DNA of 64,000 nucleotides, from contig CABYCL010000002.1 of NCBI GenBank assembly GCA_902517505.1, positions 1,941-65,940 of the forward strand, written 5' to 3'. The notes beneath the pieces were generated by a model, which saw nothing but the letters and a program-made list of their open reading frames with translations, searched no databases and was not told the origin of the DNA. This stretch comes from an uncultured SAR86 cluster bacterium. GTDB taxonomy: Bacteria; Pseudomonadota; Gammaproteobacteria; Magnimaribacterales; D2472. Positions 35,039 through 43,030 of this stretch are shown one piece after another. How positions within the stretch are numbered: position 1 is the stretch's first letter; each line of letters begins with the position of its first letter. The position numbers and the translations under genes were made by a program.

Positions 35039-35303
35039 TCTTCATAGAGTTAGGGGCCAAAGTATGATCCCTAATTTTAACGAAAATGATTTAGTTCTTA
35101 GCTTAAAGTATTTTCGCTCTTTAAGAGTCGATGATGTGATATTGCTTGATATCCCAAAGATTGGAACAGTATTAAAAAGAATTAAATCAATTAATGGAAC
35201 AGATATAATTATCGATGGTGATAACAAAGAGTACCCATCAGAAATTTATAATAAAAAATATAAAACCAATGATGTTATTGGTAAAGTCTTTTTTAAATTT
35301 TAA
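35031..35303 (+). CDS. sodX: Ni-SOD maturation protease SodX (S26 signal-peptidase-like)
   Basis: GQSMIPN catalytic Ser motif and LKRIK Lys motif. 90 aa, GTG start, 8-nt overlap with sodN. Confidence 0.75.
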   Translation: MINLHRVRGQSMIPNFNENDLVLSLKYFRSLRVDDVILLDIPKIGTVLKRIKSINGTDIIIDGDNKEYPSEIYNKKYKTNDVIGKVFFKF

Positions 35304-36549
35304 CGATTTTAATTTTTGATATTAAATTCTCATCTAATTCCAAAACCTCAAACCGATAATTCTCTATTTGGATACACAAGTTAGCTTGAGGAATTTGATC
35401 AAGATATTCAGTAATTAATCCATTAATAGTTTTAGCATTATCTTCAGGAATTGCCCAGCTTAAATAATTATTAAGTTCTCTAATTTTTGAATTACCATCA
35501 GTTAATATTGATCCATCTTTTAATTTAATAAATTCTTTTTCTAACTCATCCCTATCCCCACCAAATGTTCCAGTTATTTCCTTAAAAATATCCTCAACAG
35601 ATATTAAACCCTCTATTTCTCCATATTCATCTACAACCAAACCTAAACTTTGATTACTTGAGAGAAACTCTCTAAGTTGCTTCATTAGAAGGGTAGATTG
35701 AGATACAAAATATGTTTTTTGGAGTATTTTTTTATAATCCTGATTTTTTTTGCTAAAACTTTCTAAGAATGAATGAGAGTCCTTTAAATGAAGAACACCA
35801 ATCATATTATCTATTGTGTCTTTATAAACAGGCAATCTAGTATATTCAGTAGATTCAATAATTTTTGTTGCATTTCCATAGTCTTCATTAATATTTATAC
35901 CAATTATTTCAGAAGTTGGAATCATGATATCTTCTACTACAAGCTCTTCCATGCCTAAAACAGAGGAAAGCATTTTCCTATATTGTTTTGGGATTAATTC
36001 ACCAGATTCTTCAAGAAGTGTTTTAAGTTCCTCGGTATTTAAATTTTCATTTAACGAGGCATCTCTCGCATTTAATTTAAATAATTTAAGTATCAACCTG
36101 CTTAGAAAATTAGTGAAAAATATTATTGGTTTAAAGATATAAATAAGAATATTTAGAATAAAAGATGATCTTGTTGCAAAACTTTCAGGCTTTATTGTAG
36201 CCATTGTTTTTGGAGTAATTTCTGAAAAAATCAGAATCACTATAGTTAATATGACTGAACCTAATAAAACATTACCACCAAAATAATCAATCATAATTAT
36301 TGTCACAATCGCTGAGGCTAAAATATTTGCAAAATTATTTCCTACTAAGATTGCTGATAGCAACTGATCGGGTCTTTTTAAAAGGTCTAAAGCTCTTTTT
36401 GCACTTGTTTTTGATTTTTTAGATAAATTCCTAAGTTTAATTTTATTAGCAGCCATCATCCCTGTTTCAGAACCAGAAAAGAAACCACTCAAAATTAATA
36501 AGAGTATAAGTGATGAAAATAAAAATATTAAAGAGGGGTCTTCTAACAT
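35293..36549 (-). CDS. CNNM/DUF21-CBS-CorC_HlyC family transporter (YfjD/CorB-like)
   Basis: N-terminal four-TM DUF21 (GFFSGSETGMMA), a CBS pair and a C-terminal CorC-type domain. The internal ATG at 36549 (TAATG junction with the upstream gene) is preferred over the track start at 36600. Confidence 0.8.
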   Translation of the reverse strand: MLEDPSLIFLFSSLILLLILSGFFSGSETGMMAANKIKLRNLSKKSKTSAKRALDLLKRPDQLLSAILVGNNFANILASAIVTIIMIDYFGGNVLLGSVILTIVILIFSEITPKTMATIKPESFATRSSFILNILIYIFKPIIFFTNFLSRLILKLFKLNARDASLNENLNTEELKTLLEESGELIPKQYRKMLSSVLGMEELVVEDIMIPTSEIIGININEDYGNATKIIESTEYTRLPVYKDTIDNMIGVLHLKDSHSFLESFSKKNQDYKKILQKTYFVSQSTLLMKQLREFLSSNQSLGLVVDEYGEIEGLISVEDIFKEITGTFGGDRDELEKEFIKLKDGSILTDGNSKIRELNNYLSWAIPEDNAKTINGLITEYLDQIPQANLCIQIENYRFEVLELDENLISKIKIVKI

Positions 36550-37115
36550 TATGATCCAGCTATATATGAATTCATAAAATATGCTCCCAAGACAGCCCAC
36601 ATAGCAATAAAAAGACTCCTTGTAGCGTACTTAATGGGAAAATTAAAATATTTCACACCAGTCACAGTTACAACAAAGATTAACCAAGCAATAAAGGTAA
36701 AAATAGCTTTAAAAATTAAATTTGAGGTAAAAATAGATTGCATGCTAAGGCCAGAAATTAAAGAAAGTGATAGAAATAAAAGCCCAATTCCCAATAGTTT
36801 AAATACTATTTTATAGCTTCTTTCGACTGAAAATGGTTCTAGGCCCATCAAGCTACCCATTTTGATTTTTTTAACTTTTCTTTCAAGAATTAAGATTTCA
36901 TTATAAGCAATAAAAATGAACAGCAAGCTAAGTCCAGTTACCATGAAATGAATTGTCGGCAAGATAGATATAACCTCATAAGTTAACAAATATATTAAAA
37001 TGTATGATAAAGCTGACATGGTTATTGAAATAAAAAGAGAGCTTTCCTTTTGGTAGAAGACTCTAATAATAAAATAGATAACTATGCTTATAGTTACTTG
37101 GGTAATAAAACTCAT
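36549..37115 (-). CDS. YpjD-like / cytochrome c assembly (CcsA-like) family inner membrane protein
   Basis: 188 aa polytopic protein. It sits immediately upstream of the yfjD-like gene and divergent from rpsP, matching the E. coli ypjD-yfjD neighbourhood. It is shorter than E. coli YpjD. Confidence 0.5.
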   Translation of the reverse strand: MSFITQVTISIVIYFIIRVFYQKESSLFISITMSALSYILIYLLTYEVISILPTIHFMVTGLSLLFIFIAYNEILILERKVKKIKMGSLMGLEPFSVERSYKIVFKLLGIGLLFLSLSLISGLSMQSIFTSNLIFKAIFTFIAWLIFVVTVTGVKYFNFPIKYATRSLFIAMWAVLGAYFMNSYIAGS

Positions 37116-37217
37116 TAAATATAAAGATTAATTAAAACTTTGCATAATAATACTATCAATATTAGCAAGGTTACCCTAAAATACACATCTTTTTAAACAA
37201 ATTTAAATATTTTTACT

Positions 37218-37898
37218 ATGGTAATTATTAGATTGGCTAGAAGTGGTTCAAAAAAGAATCCATATTATTTTATTACTGTTGCAGATGAAAGACGTCCAAG
37301 AGACGGTTCATTCATAGAGAGACTTGGTTTTTTTAATCCTTCAGCCAAAGGTCAAGAAGAAAGATTAAGAATAGATTTAAATAAGATAGAAGAGTGGAAA
37401 TCAAAAGGTGCTCAGGTTAGTGATAGAGTAGGTGCTTTAGTAAAAGAAGCTAATTTAACACCAGAAGAATTTGCGGCAAAGGTTGAAGCAAAAAAAGCAA
37501 AAGCTAATGCAAAAAAAGCTGTTTTAGCAGAAAAATTAGCAAAAGAAGCTGAGGAACAAGCTGCTAGTGAGGCTCAAGCAGAAGAAGAATCTCCAGCCGA
37601 AGAGGAAGCACCTGCTGAAGAAGAAGCACCTGCTGAAGAAGAAGCTCCAGCCGAAGAGGAAGCACCAGCTGAAGAAGAAGCTCCAGCCGAAGAGGAAGCA
37701 CCAGCTGAAGAAGAAGCTCCTGCTGAAGAGGAAGCACCAGCTGAAGAAGAAGCTCCTGCTGAAGAGGAAGCACCTGCAGAAGAAGAAGCTCCTGCTGAAG
37801 AGGAAGCACCAGCTGAAGAAGAAGCTCCTGCTGAAGAAGAAGCTCCTGCTGAAGAAGAGTCTGAAGAAAAAGATTCTTCAGAAGATGAAAAAAAGTAA
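37218..37898 (+). CDS. rpsP: 30S ribosomal protein bS16 with ~145-aa C-terminal extension (A/K-rich helix plus acidic EEEAPA array)
   Basis: The first ~80 aa ([41 protein letters not shown]...) are canonical S16. The remainder is the extension. rpsP-rimM-trmD-rplS synteny. Confidence 0.9.
   Translation: MVIIRLARSGSKKNPYYFITVADERRPRDGSFIERLGFFNPSAKGQEERLRIDLNKIEEWKSKGAQVSDRVGALVKEANLTPEEFAAKVEAKKAKANAKKAVLAEKLAKEAEEQAASEAQAEEESPAEEEAPAEEEAPAEEEAPAEEEAPAEEEAPAEEEAPAEEEAPAEEEAPAEEEAPAEEEAPAEEEAPAEEEAPAEEEAPAEEEAPAEEESEEKDSSEDEKK
37581..37850 (+). repeat. tandem 18-nt (6-codon) repeat array, about 15 units, encoding EEE(A/S)PA inside rpsP
   Basis: Counted directly: units of gaa-ga[ag]-gaa-gc[at]-cc[atg]-gc[cta]. 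Two subtypes alternate (36-nt super-period). The array is GC-rich relative to its surroundings. Confidence 0.95.
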
Positions 37899-38403
37899 AC
37901 TAGTTTGCATTGGAACCATTGGAAAACCTAGAGGTTTAAAGGGAGAATTTTTTCTAAATTCTTTTTGTAATCCAAGAGAAAATATTCTTAAATACATTGA
38001 TAACATCCAGACTAAGGATATAAAGCTTAGCTTTGAGTATATTAAAAAAAGCAATACTAAATTTCATGCAAAAATCAAAGATGTAAATGATTTAGATGGA
38101 ATTAAAGAATATACAAATATTAAACTCTACATTTTATCGAATGATTTACCTGTACTGTCTTCAAATGAGACCTATTGGCATGATCTTGTTGGAATGCTTG
38201 TTGTAAATATAAATAAAAATGAGATATTAGGCATAATTGAAGGATTAAATAACTTTGGTTCAAATGATTGTTTAATAGTAAAACCTTCAACTGAATCAAT
38301 AGATAACAAAGAAAGATTAATTCCTTTTATAAAACAAACTTTTATAACATCAATTGATAAAGAAAAGAGATTAGTAAAAGTAGACTGGGAAAGTGATTAC
38401 TAA
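37885..38403 (+). CDS. rimM: 16S rRNA processing protein RimM
   Basis: [23 protein letters not shown] matches the RimM N-terminus. This ATG overlaps the rpsP 3' end by 14 nt. The track ORF from 37567 is the same frame read back through the repeat. Confidence 0.85.
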   Translation: MKKSKLVCIGTIGKPRGLKGEFFLNSFCNPRENILKYIDNIQTKDIKLSFEYIKKSNTKFHAKIKDVNDLDGIKEYTNIKLYILSNDLPVLSSNETYWHDLVGMLVVNINKNEILGIIEGLNNFGSNDCLIVKPSTESIDNKERLIPFIKQTFITSIDKEKRLVKVDWESDY

Positions 38404-38404
38404 A

Positions 38405-39136
38405 ATGAATATTAATATATTAACTATATTTCCTGAGATATTTAATGTTTTAGAATCTGGTGTCGTTTCAAAACCAATTAAGAATAAATTACTTTCTATT
38501 CAAGCTTTAGATATAAGAAAGAATTCTGTAAATAAACATAATCACATAGATTCAAAACCCTATGGTGGTGGTGAAGGAATGGTTATGATGGCTGAACCAA
38601 TTGTTAAAACATTAAAAGAAGTAGATAAAAAAAAACGTGGTCGAGTAATCTTTATGTCACCTCAAGGCAAGAGACTAAACCAACAAAAAATTATTTCTTT
38701 ATCTAAATTAAAAAATATAACTTTAATTTGTGGAAGATATGAGGGTATAGATCAAAGAATAATTGATAAATATGTAGATGAAGAAATATCTATAGGTGAT
38801 TTTATTTTAAGTGGTGGCGAGTATGCAGCAATATGTCTAGTAGATGCTATATCTAGATACTTGCCAGGGACTTTAGGAAACAAAAACTCATATCTAAATG
38901 ATACTTTTTCAAATGGTTTATTAAAAGGAGATGTTTTCACAAAACCTGAAATATTTGAATCGATGAAGGTTCCAGATGTGCTTTTATCAGGAAATCATAA
39001 AAAAATTGAAACTTGGAGATCTGAAATATCTTTTATAAGAACTTTAATGAAAAGGCCAGATTTACTAGATGGTCTAAAATTAACAAAAAAACAAAAAAAA
39101 CTCTTGGAAGAATGGAGATCTAAGGCTATCCTATAG
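38405..39136 (+). CDS. trmD: tRNA (guanine37-N1)-methyltransferase TrmD
   Basis: MNINILTIFPEIF, YGGGEGMVM and GRYEGIDQR motifs. ATG at 38405 is preferred over GTG at 38393. Confidence 0.93.
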   Translation: MNINILTIFPEIFNVLESGVVSKPIKNKLLSIQALDIRKNSVNKHNHIDSKPYGGGEGMVMMAEPIVKTLKEVDKKKRGRVIFMSPQGKRLNQQKIISLSKLKNITLICGRYEGIDQRIIDKYVDEEISIGDFILSGGEYAAICLVDAISRYLPGTLGNKNSYLNDTFSNGLLKGDVFTKPEIFESMKVPDVLLSGNHKKIETWRSEISFIRTLMKRPDLLDGLKLTKKQKKLLEEWRSKAIL

Positions 39137-39155
39137 CCCTTTTTAGGCGAATATT

Positions 39156-40049
39156 ATGAGTGATAGTAAAGACAACAAGAAAAAAGGCTTTTTTTCCCGT
39201 TTATTTGGAGGATTAAGTGCGCCTAAAGAAACAGAAAATAAAGTAACTAAATCTCAAGATTCTGTTGAATTACCAACAAAATCCGCTTTAAACAAAATGA
39301 AAAAAGCAGATATAGTAGATGTTGCTAAAGAAAATGGACTTGATTTAGACATAAATTTAACTAAAGCAAAGTTATTAGAAGCTTTGGAACTCCATTTTAA
39401 TCAGTCATCTCCTCCAAGTGCAGTAGATGATGCGGCTACAGCTATGGCTGAGGCAGCAGAAGAAGCACCAGCTGAGGAAGAAGCACCTGCAGAAGAAGAA
39501 GCTCCTGCAGAAGAAGCACCAGCTGAGGAAGAAGCACCTGCTGAAGTAGAAGCTCCAGCCGAAGAGGAAGCACCTGCTGAAGTAGAAGCTCCAGCCGAAG
39601 AGGAAGCACCAGCTGAGGAAGAAGCACCTGCTGAAGTAGAAGCACCTGCAGAAGAAGAAGCACCAGCTGAAGAAGTAAAAGTTTCTTTAGATGAGAAATC
39701 TCCATCACAGATAATTAATAACTTTGAATCAAAACAACTTAAATCAGATCTTCCTGAATTTAGACCTGGTGATACAGTCGTTGTTTCAGTAAAAGTTAAA
39801 GAAGGTGACAGAACAAGACTTCAGGCTTTTGAAGGTGTAGTAATGGGTGTAAAGAAAGGAGGTTTAAACTCATCTTTTATAGTAAGGAAAATTTCCAGTG
39901 GAATTGGAGTTGAGAGAACTTTTCAAACTCATAGCCCTATTATTGATTCTATAAAAGTAAAAAGAAAGGGTGATGTACGCCAAGCTAAATTATTTTTTCT
40001 AAGAGAAAGATCTGGAAAATCTGCAAGAATTAAAGAACGTCTAGAATAA
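39156..40049 (+). CDS. rplS: 50S ribosomal protein bL19 with ~182-aa N-terminal extension
   Basis: The C-terminal 114 aa ([25 protein letters not shown]...RLQAFEGVV...[19 protein letters not shown]...IKERLE) are canonical L19. There is no in-frame ATG/GTG/TTG between Met97 (nt 39444) and the L19 core. Confidence 0.85.
   Translation: MSDSKDNKKKGFFSRLFGGLSAPKETENKVTKSQDSVELPTKSALNKMKKADIVDVAKENGLDLDINLTKAKLLEALELHFNQSSPPSAVDDAATAMAEAAEEAPAEEEAPAEEEAPAEEAPAEEEAPAEVEAPAEEEAPAEVEAPAEEEAPAEEEAPAEVEAPAEEEAPAEEVKVSLDEKSPSQIINNFESKQLKSDLPEFRPGDTVVVSVKVKEGDRTRLQAFEGVVMGVKKGGLNSSFIVRKISSGIGVERTFQTHSPIIDSIKVKRKGDVRQAKLFFLRERSGKSARIKERLE
39459..39668 (+). repeat. tandem acidic repeat array ([17 protein letters not shown] units) inside the rplS N-terminal extension
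   Basis: Read directly. The unit family and codon usage match the rpsP array, and an exact 33-nt match links the two arrays. Confidence 0.9.
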
Positions 40050-40054
40050 TAAAA

Positions 40055-40945
40055 ATGCAAAATCTAAATAAAGAAGATGCTAATCTTAGGTCTTTTTTAG
40101 ATCATTTATATATTGAAAAAGGATTATCACAAAACACTGTGAAAGCTTATGAAGCTGATATATCAGCCTTTATAAATTGGATAAAAGAAAATACAAAACT
40201 AAAACTTAAAGATATAAAAGAGGAGAATATCAATAAATATATTTCATATTTATTTGAATTAAATTTAAAAAGCTCATCAGTTAATAGAAAAATTTCATCG
40301 ATAAAATCACTTTATATGTTTTTAGTTAAGAAAAATATTTTAAAAAATTCACCTGTTAATGAAATTATATCTCCTAAACAAGAGAAATATTTGCCATTTT
40401 CAATGTCAGAGGATGAAGTAGATAAATTACTCAATAGCCCTAAACTCTCAAACAAAATTGAGAAAAGAGATAAGGCTATGATAGAAATGCTTTATGCAAC
40501 AGGAATGAGAATATCAGAGTTAGTTAATTTAAAAATAACAGATGTTGATACACAAAGATGTGTCGTAAAGGTATTAGGAAAAGGTTCAAAAGAGAGATTA
40601 ATACCATTTGGTGAAGCAGCACTTGAGTCTTTAAACGCATATTTATCTGATAGAGAAGAATCTTCATCAAAAGAAATATTTTTATCAAATAGACGAACAA
40701 AAATATCAAGAATTGCTTTTTGGCACAGAATTAAATTGTACCTTTCTAGAGAAAATCTAAAAAATTCTATATCACCTCACACCTTAAGACATGCTTTTGC
40801 AACACATTTACTTAACAGAGGTGCTGATTTAAGATCTGTACAGCTTTTATTAGGCCATAGTGACTTATCAACTACTCAAATATATACTCATATTGCAAAA
40901 CAAAGATTAAGTGATGTCTTAAAAAAACATCATCCCAGAGGATAA
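40055..40945 (+). CDS. xerD: site-specific tyrosine recombinase XerD
   Basis: C-terminal HTLRHAFATHLL...GHSDLSTTQIYTH catalytic motifs; xerD-dsbC synteny. Confidence 0.9.
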   Translation: MQNLNKEDANLRSFLDHLYIEKGLSQNTVKAYEADISAFINWIKENTKLKLKDIKEENINKYISYLFELNLKSSSVNRKISSIKSLYMFLVKKNILKNSPVNEIISPKQEKYLPFSMSEDEVDKLLNSPKLSNKIEKRDKAMIEMLYATGMRISELVNLKITDVDTQRCVVKVLGKGSKERLIPFGEAALESLNAYLSDREESSSKEIFLSNRRTKISRIAFWHRIKLYLSRENLKNSISPHTLRHAFATHLLNRGADLRSVQLLLGHSDLSTTQIYTHIAKQRLSDVLKKHHPRG

Positions 40946-40949
40946 AGTA

Positions 40950-41762
40950 ATGAAAAAATATTTCTTATTTTCAATTTTAGTTATTTCAATAAATCTTATT
41001 TCACAAAATGCTATCTCAGAAGAATTTTTAGATAGATGTAAGCATGATAATTGTTACATGGATAGAATTGAAAAAATGATATCAATAGTTCTTCCAGAAG
41101 GTTCAAAAGTTGAGTCGATTGAAAAATCTGAATTTCCAGGAATTTATAAAGTATATTTTGGGGATCTTCAGCCTCTATATGTGTCCAAAGATGGAAAATA
41201 TTTTATCTATGGACAAATGTTTAAAATAAATTGGGATTCAGCTGGAGTGGGAGCTTATGCGGGTGAAACTTATAAAAGTCTAACACCAAACGTAGATAAT
41301 TTGACAGATCTAGATATCCTAGAAAAAAGGGTATCTTTGATGCAAGAAATCGAATCAAGTGAATTAATTAGTTTTCAATCAAAAGAACAGTTATACGAAT
41401 TAACTGTTTTTACAGATGTAGATTGTGGTTATTGCAGAAAATTACATAAGGAAATTAAAGAATACAATGATTTGGGTATAACAATTAGGTATGCTGCATT
41501 TCCTAGATCTGGTCTAGGAACAGATGCTTTCACAAAAATGGTTGGCGCATGGTGTTCATCAGATTCAAAAAAAGCAATTACAAATCTAAAAAACGGAAAA
41601 AATCCATCTTTAACTTTCTGTGATTCTCAACCAGTTTCAAAACATTATGCAATTGGAAAAAAAATAGGAATCACTGGAACGCCTGCAATAATTACAGAGA
41701 AGGGAGAATTATTACCTGGATATTATTCGCCAAAAGATTTGTTGAAAAAATTAAAGAGTTAA
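40950..41762 (+). CDS. dsbC: thiol:disulfide interchange protein DsbC
   Basis: Signal peptide, active site DCGYCRKLH and GTPA cis-Pro loop. Confidence 0.85.
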   Translation: MKKYFLFSILVISINLISQNAISEEFLDRCKHDNCYMDRIEKMISIVLPEGSKVESIEKSEFPGIYKVYFGDLQPLYVSKDGKYFIYGQMFKINWDSAGVGAYAGETYKSLTPNVDNLTDLDILEKRVSLMQEIESSELISFQSKEQLYELTVFTDVDCGYCRKLHKEIKEYNDLGITIRYAAFPRSGLGTDAFTKMVGAWCSSDSKKAITNLKNGKNPSLTFCDSQPVSKHYAIGKKIGITGTPAIITEKGELLPGYYSPKDLLKKLKS

Positions 41763-41765
41763 GCT

Positions 41766-43025
41766 ATGAAAAGTTTAAAAATAGGAATTTGTGGATGGGG
41801 AAATGTTGCAACCGGACTCTTTAACACCATTAATCAAAATAAAGAATTAATTAAGTCAAAAGGTAGACTTGATATCGAAATCTCAGTCATTGGAGCAAGA
41901 AGAGATAATCCAAAATGTAATCCAGGAAATACTGAAATCGTTAGAGATATTTTTGATGTTCTTGATAAAGAAATTGATGTAGTTGTTGAGCTCATAGGTG
42001 GAGTAGAGGTTGCAAGAGAATTAATTTTAAAAGCAATTAAAAATAAAAAACATGTTGTAACAGCAAACAAAGCAGTCATTTTTAACCATGGTGATGAAAT
42101 TATAAAAGAAGCTAATGATAATGGAGTAATGTTTCTTTATGAATCATCTGTTTGTGCTGGCACACCAATTATTAAACTCCTTAATGAAGAGTTAGCAGCT
42201 AGCAATATTACTAAGATTGCTGGAATGCTTAACGGTACATCAAACTTTATACTTTCAAATATGGAGGATGGAGCTGATTTTAAATCAACCTTAGAGCTTG
42301 CTCAAAAAGAGGGATATGCAGAACCAGATCCAACTTTTGACATTGATGGAATGGATGCGGCTCACAAAATTGGCATATTGTCTTCTCTTGCTTTTGGAAC
42401 AAATTTACCGCCAGATGATTTTTATATTGAGGGAATTTCAAAGATTGAAAAAGATGATTTTAAATATGCATCAGAAATGGGTTACACGGTCAAACATCTA
42501 GCAGTTTCGAAAATCAATAATAAAGAAATTGAATTGAGAGCTCATCCCGCTTTAATTAGAAGTAATTCATATTTAGCTAACTTAAAGGGAGTAAGAAATG
42601 GAATTGAATTAGAGACTGATCTTTTAGGCACACTTCATATAGCAGGATCTGGAGCTGGACAAGAATCAACTGCGTCTGGATTAATTTCAGATCTTGTTTT
42701 TCTTGCAAATTCAAATATAAATCCTTCATCAATTGAAAAAAAAGAAAAAAATGGTTTAATAGATTTCCAAAGTTTAAGTTTCCAGTATTATTTTTATATA
42801 GAAGCAGAAGATATACCAGGTGTTATGGCATCAATAACATCAATATTTGCTAAAAAGAACATAGGAATTGAATCGATAGTTCAAAAAGAAGATCTTAAAG
42901 AAAAGACAGTTCCAATTGTGCTAATAACAGACTTATTTTTAGAAAGTAATCACATAGAATTATTAGACAATATTCTAAAATTAGATTCTGTTAATTCAGT
43001 CAGGTCAATAAGAATTGAATCATAG
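41766..43025 (+). CDS. hom: homoserine dehydrogenase (with C-terminal ACT domain)
   Basis: N-terminal Rossmann IGICGWGNVA, central AQKEGYAEPDPTFDIDGMDAAHK motif; hom-thrC pair. Confidence 0.92.
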   Translation: MKSLKIGICGWGNVATGLFNTINQNKELIKSKGRLDIEISVIGARRDNPKCNPGNTEIVRDIFDVLDKEIDVVVELIGGVEVARELILKAIKNKKHVVTANKAVIFNHGDEIIKEANDNGVMFLYESSVCAGTPIIKLLNEELAASNITKIAGMLNGTSNFILSNMEDGADFKSTLELAQKEGYAEPDPTFDIDGMDAAHKIGILSSLAFGTNLPPDDFYIEGISKIEKDDFKYASEMGYTVKHLAVSKINNKEIELRAHPALIRSNSYLANLKGVRNGIELETDLLGTLHIAGSGAGQESTASGLISDLVFLANSNINPSSIEKKEKNGLIDFQSLSFQYYFYIEAEDIPGVMASITSIFAKKNIGIESIVQKEDLKEKTVPIVLITDLFLESNHIELLDNILKLDSVNSVRSIRIES

Positions 43026-43030
43026 TAAAA

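Noticed and set aside
37564-37809. Minus-strand L/Q-rich ORFs over the repeat arrays (37564..37809 and 39442..39708)
   Set aside because: These are antisense readings of the GAA/GCT-rich tandem repeats. They are stop-free only because the unit lacks stop complements. They have no RBS, no start context and no non-repeat sequence.
37581-39668. The repeat arrays as CRISPR or other non-coding repeat loci
   Set aside because: The units are 18 nt, contiguous (no spacers), in frame, and embedded in ribosomal protein genes. They are coding tandem repeats.
40055-40945. The tyrosine recombinase as a marker of an integrated mobile element
   Set aside because: It has the XerD catalytic motifs and sits in the conserved housekeeping xerD-dsbC context. 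No att-like repeats, tRNA target or phage/IS genes are nearby.
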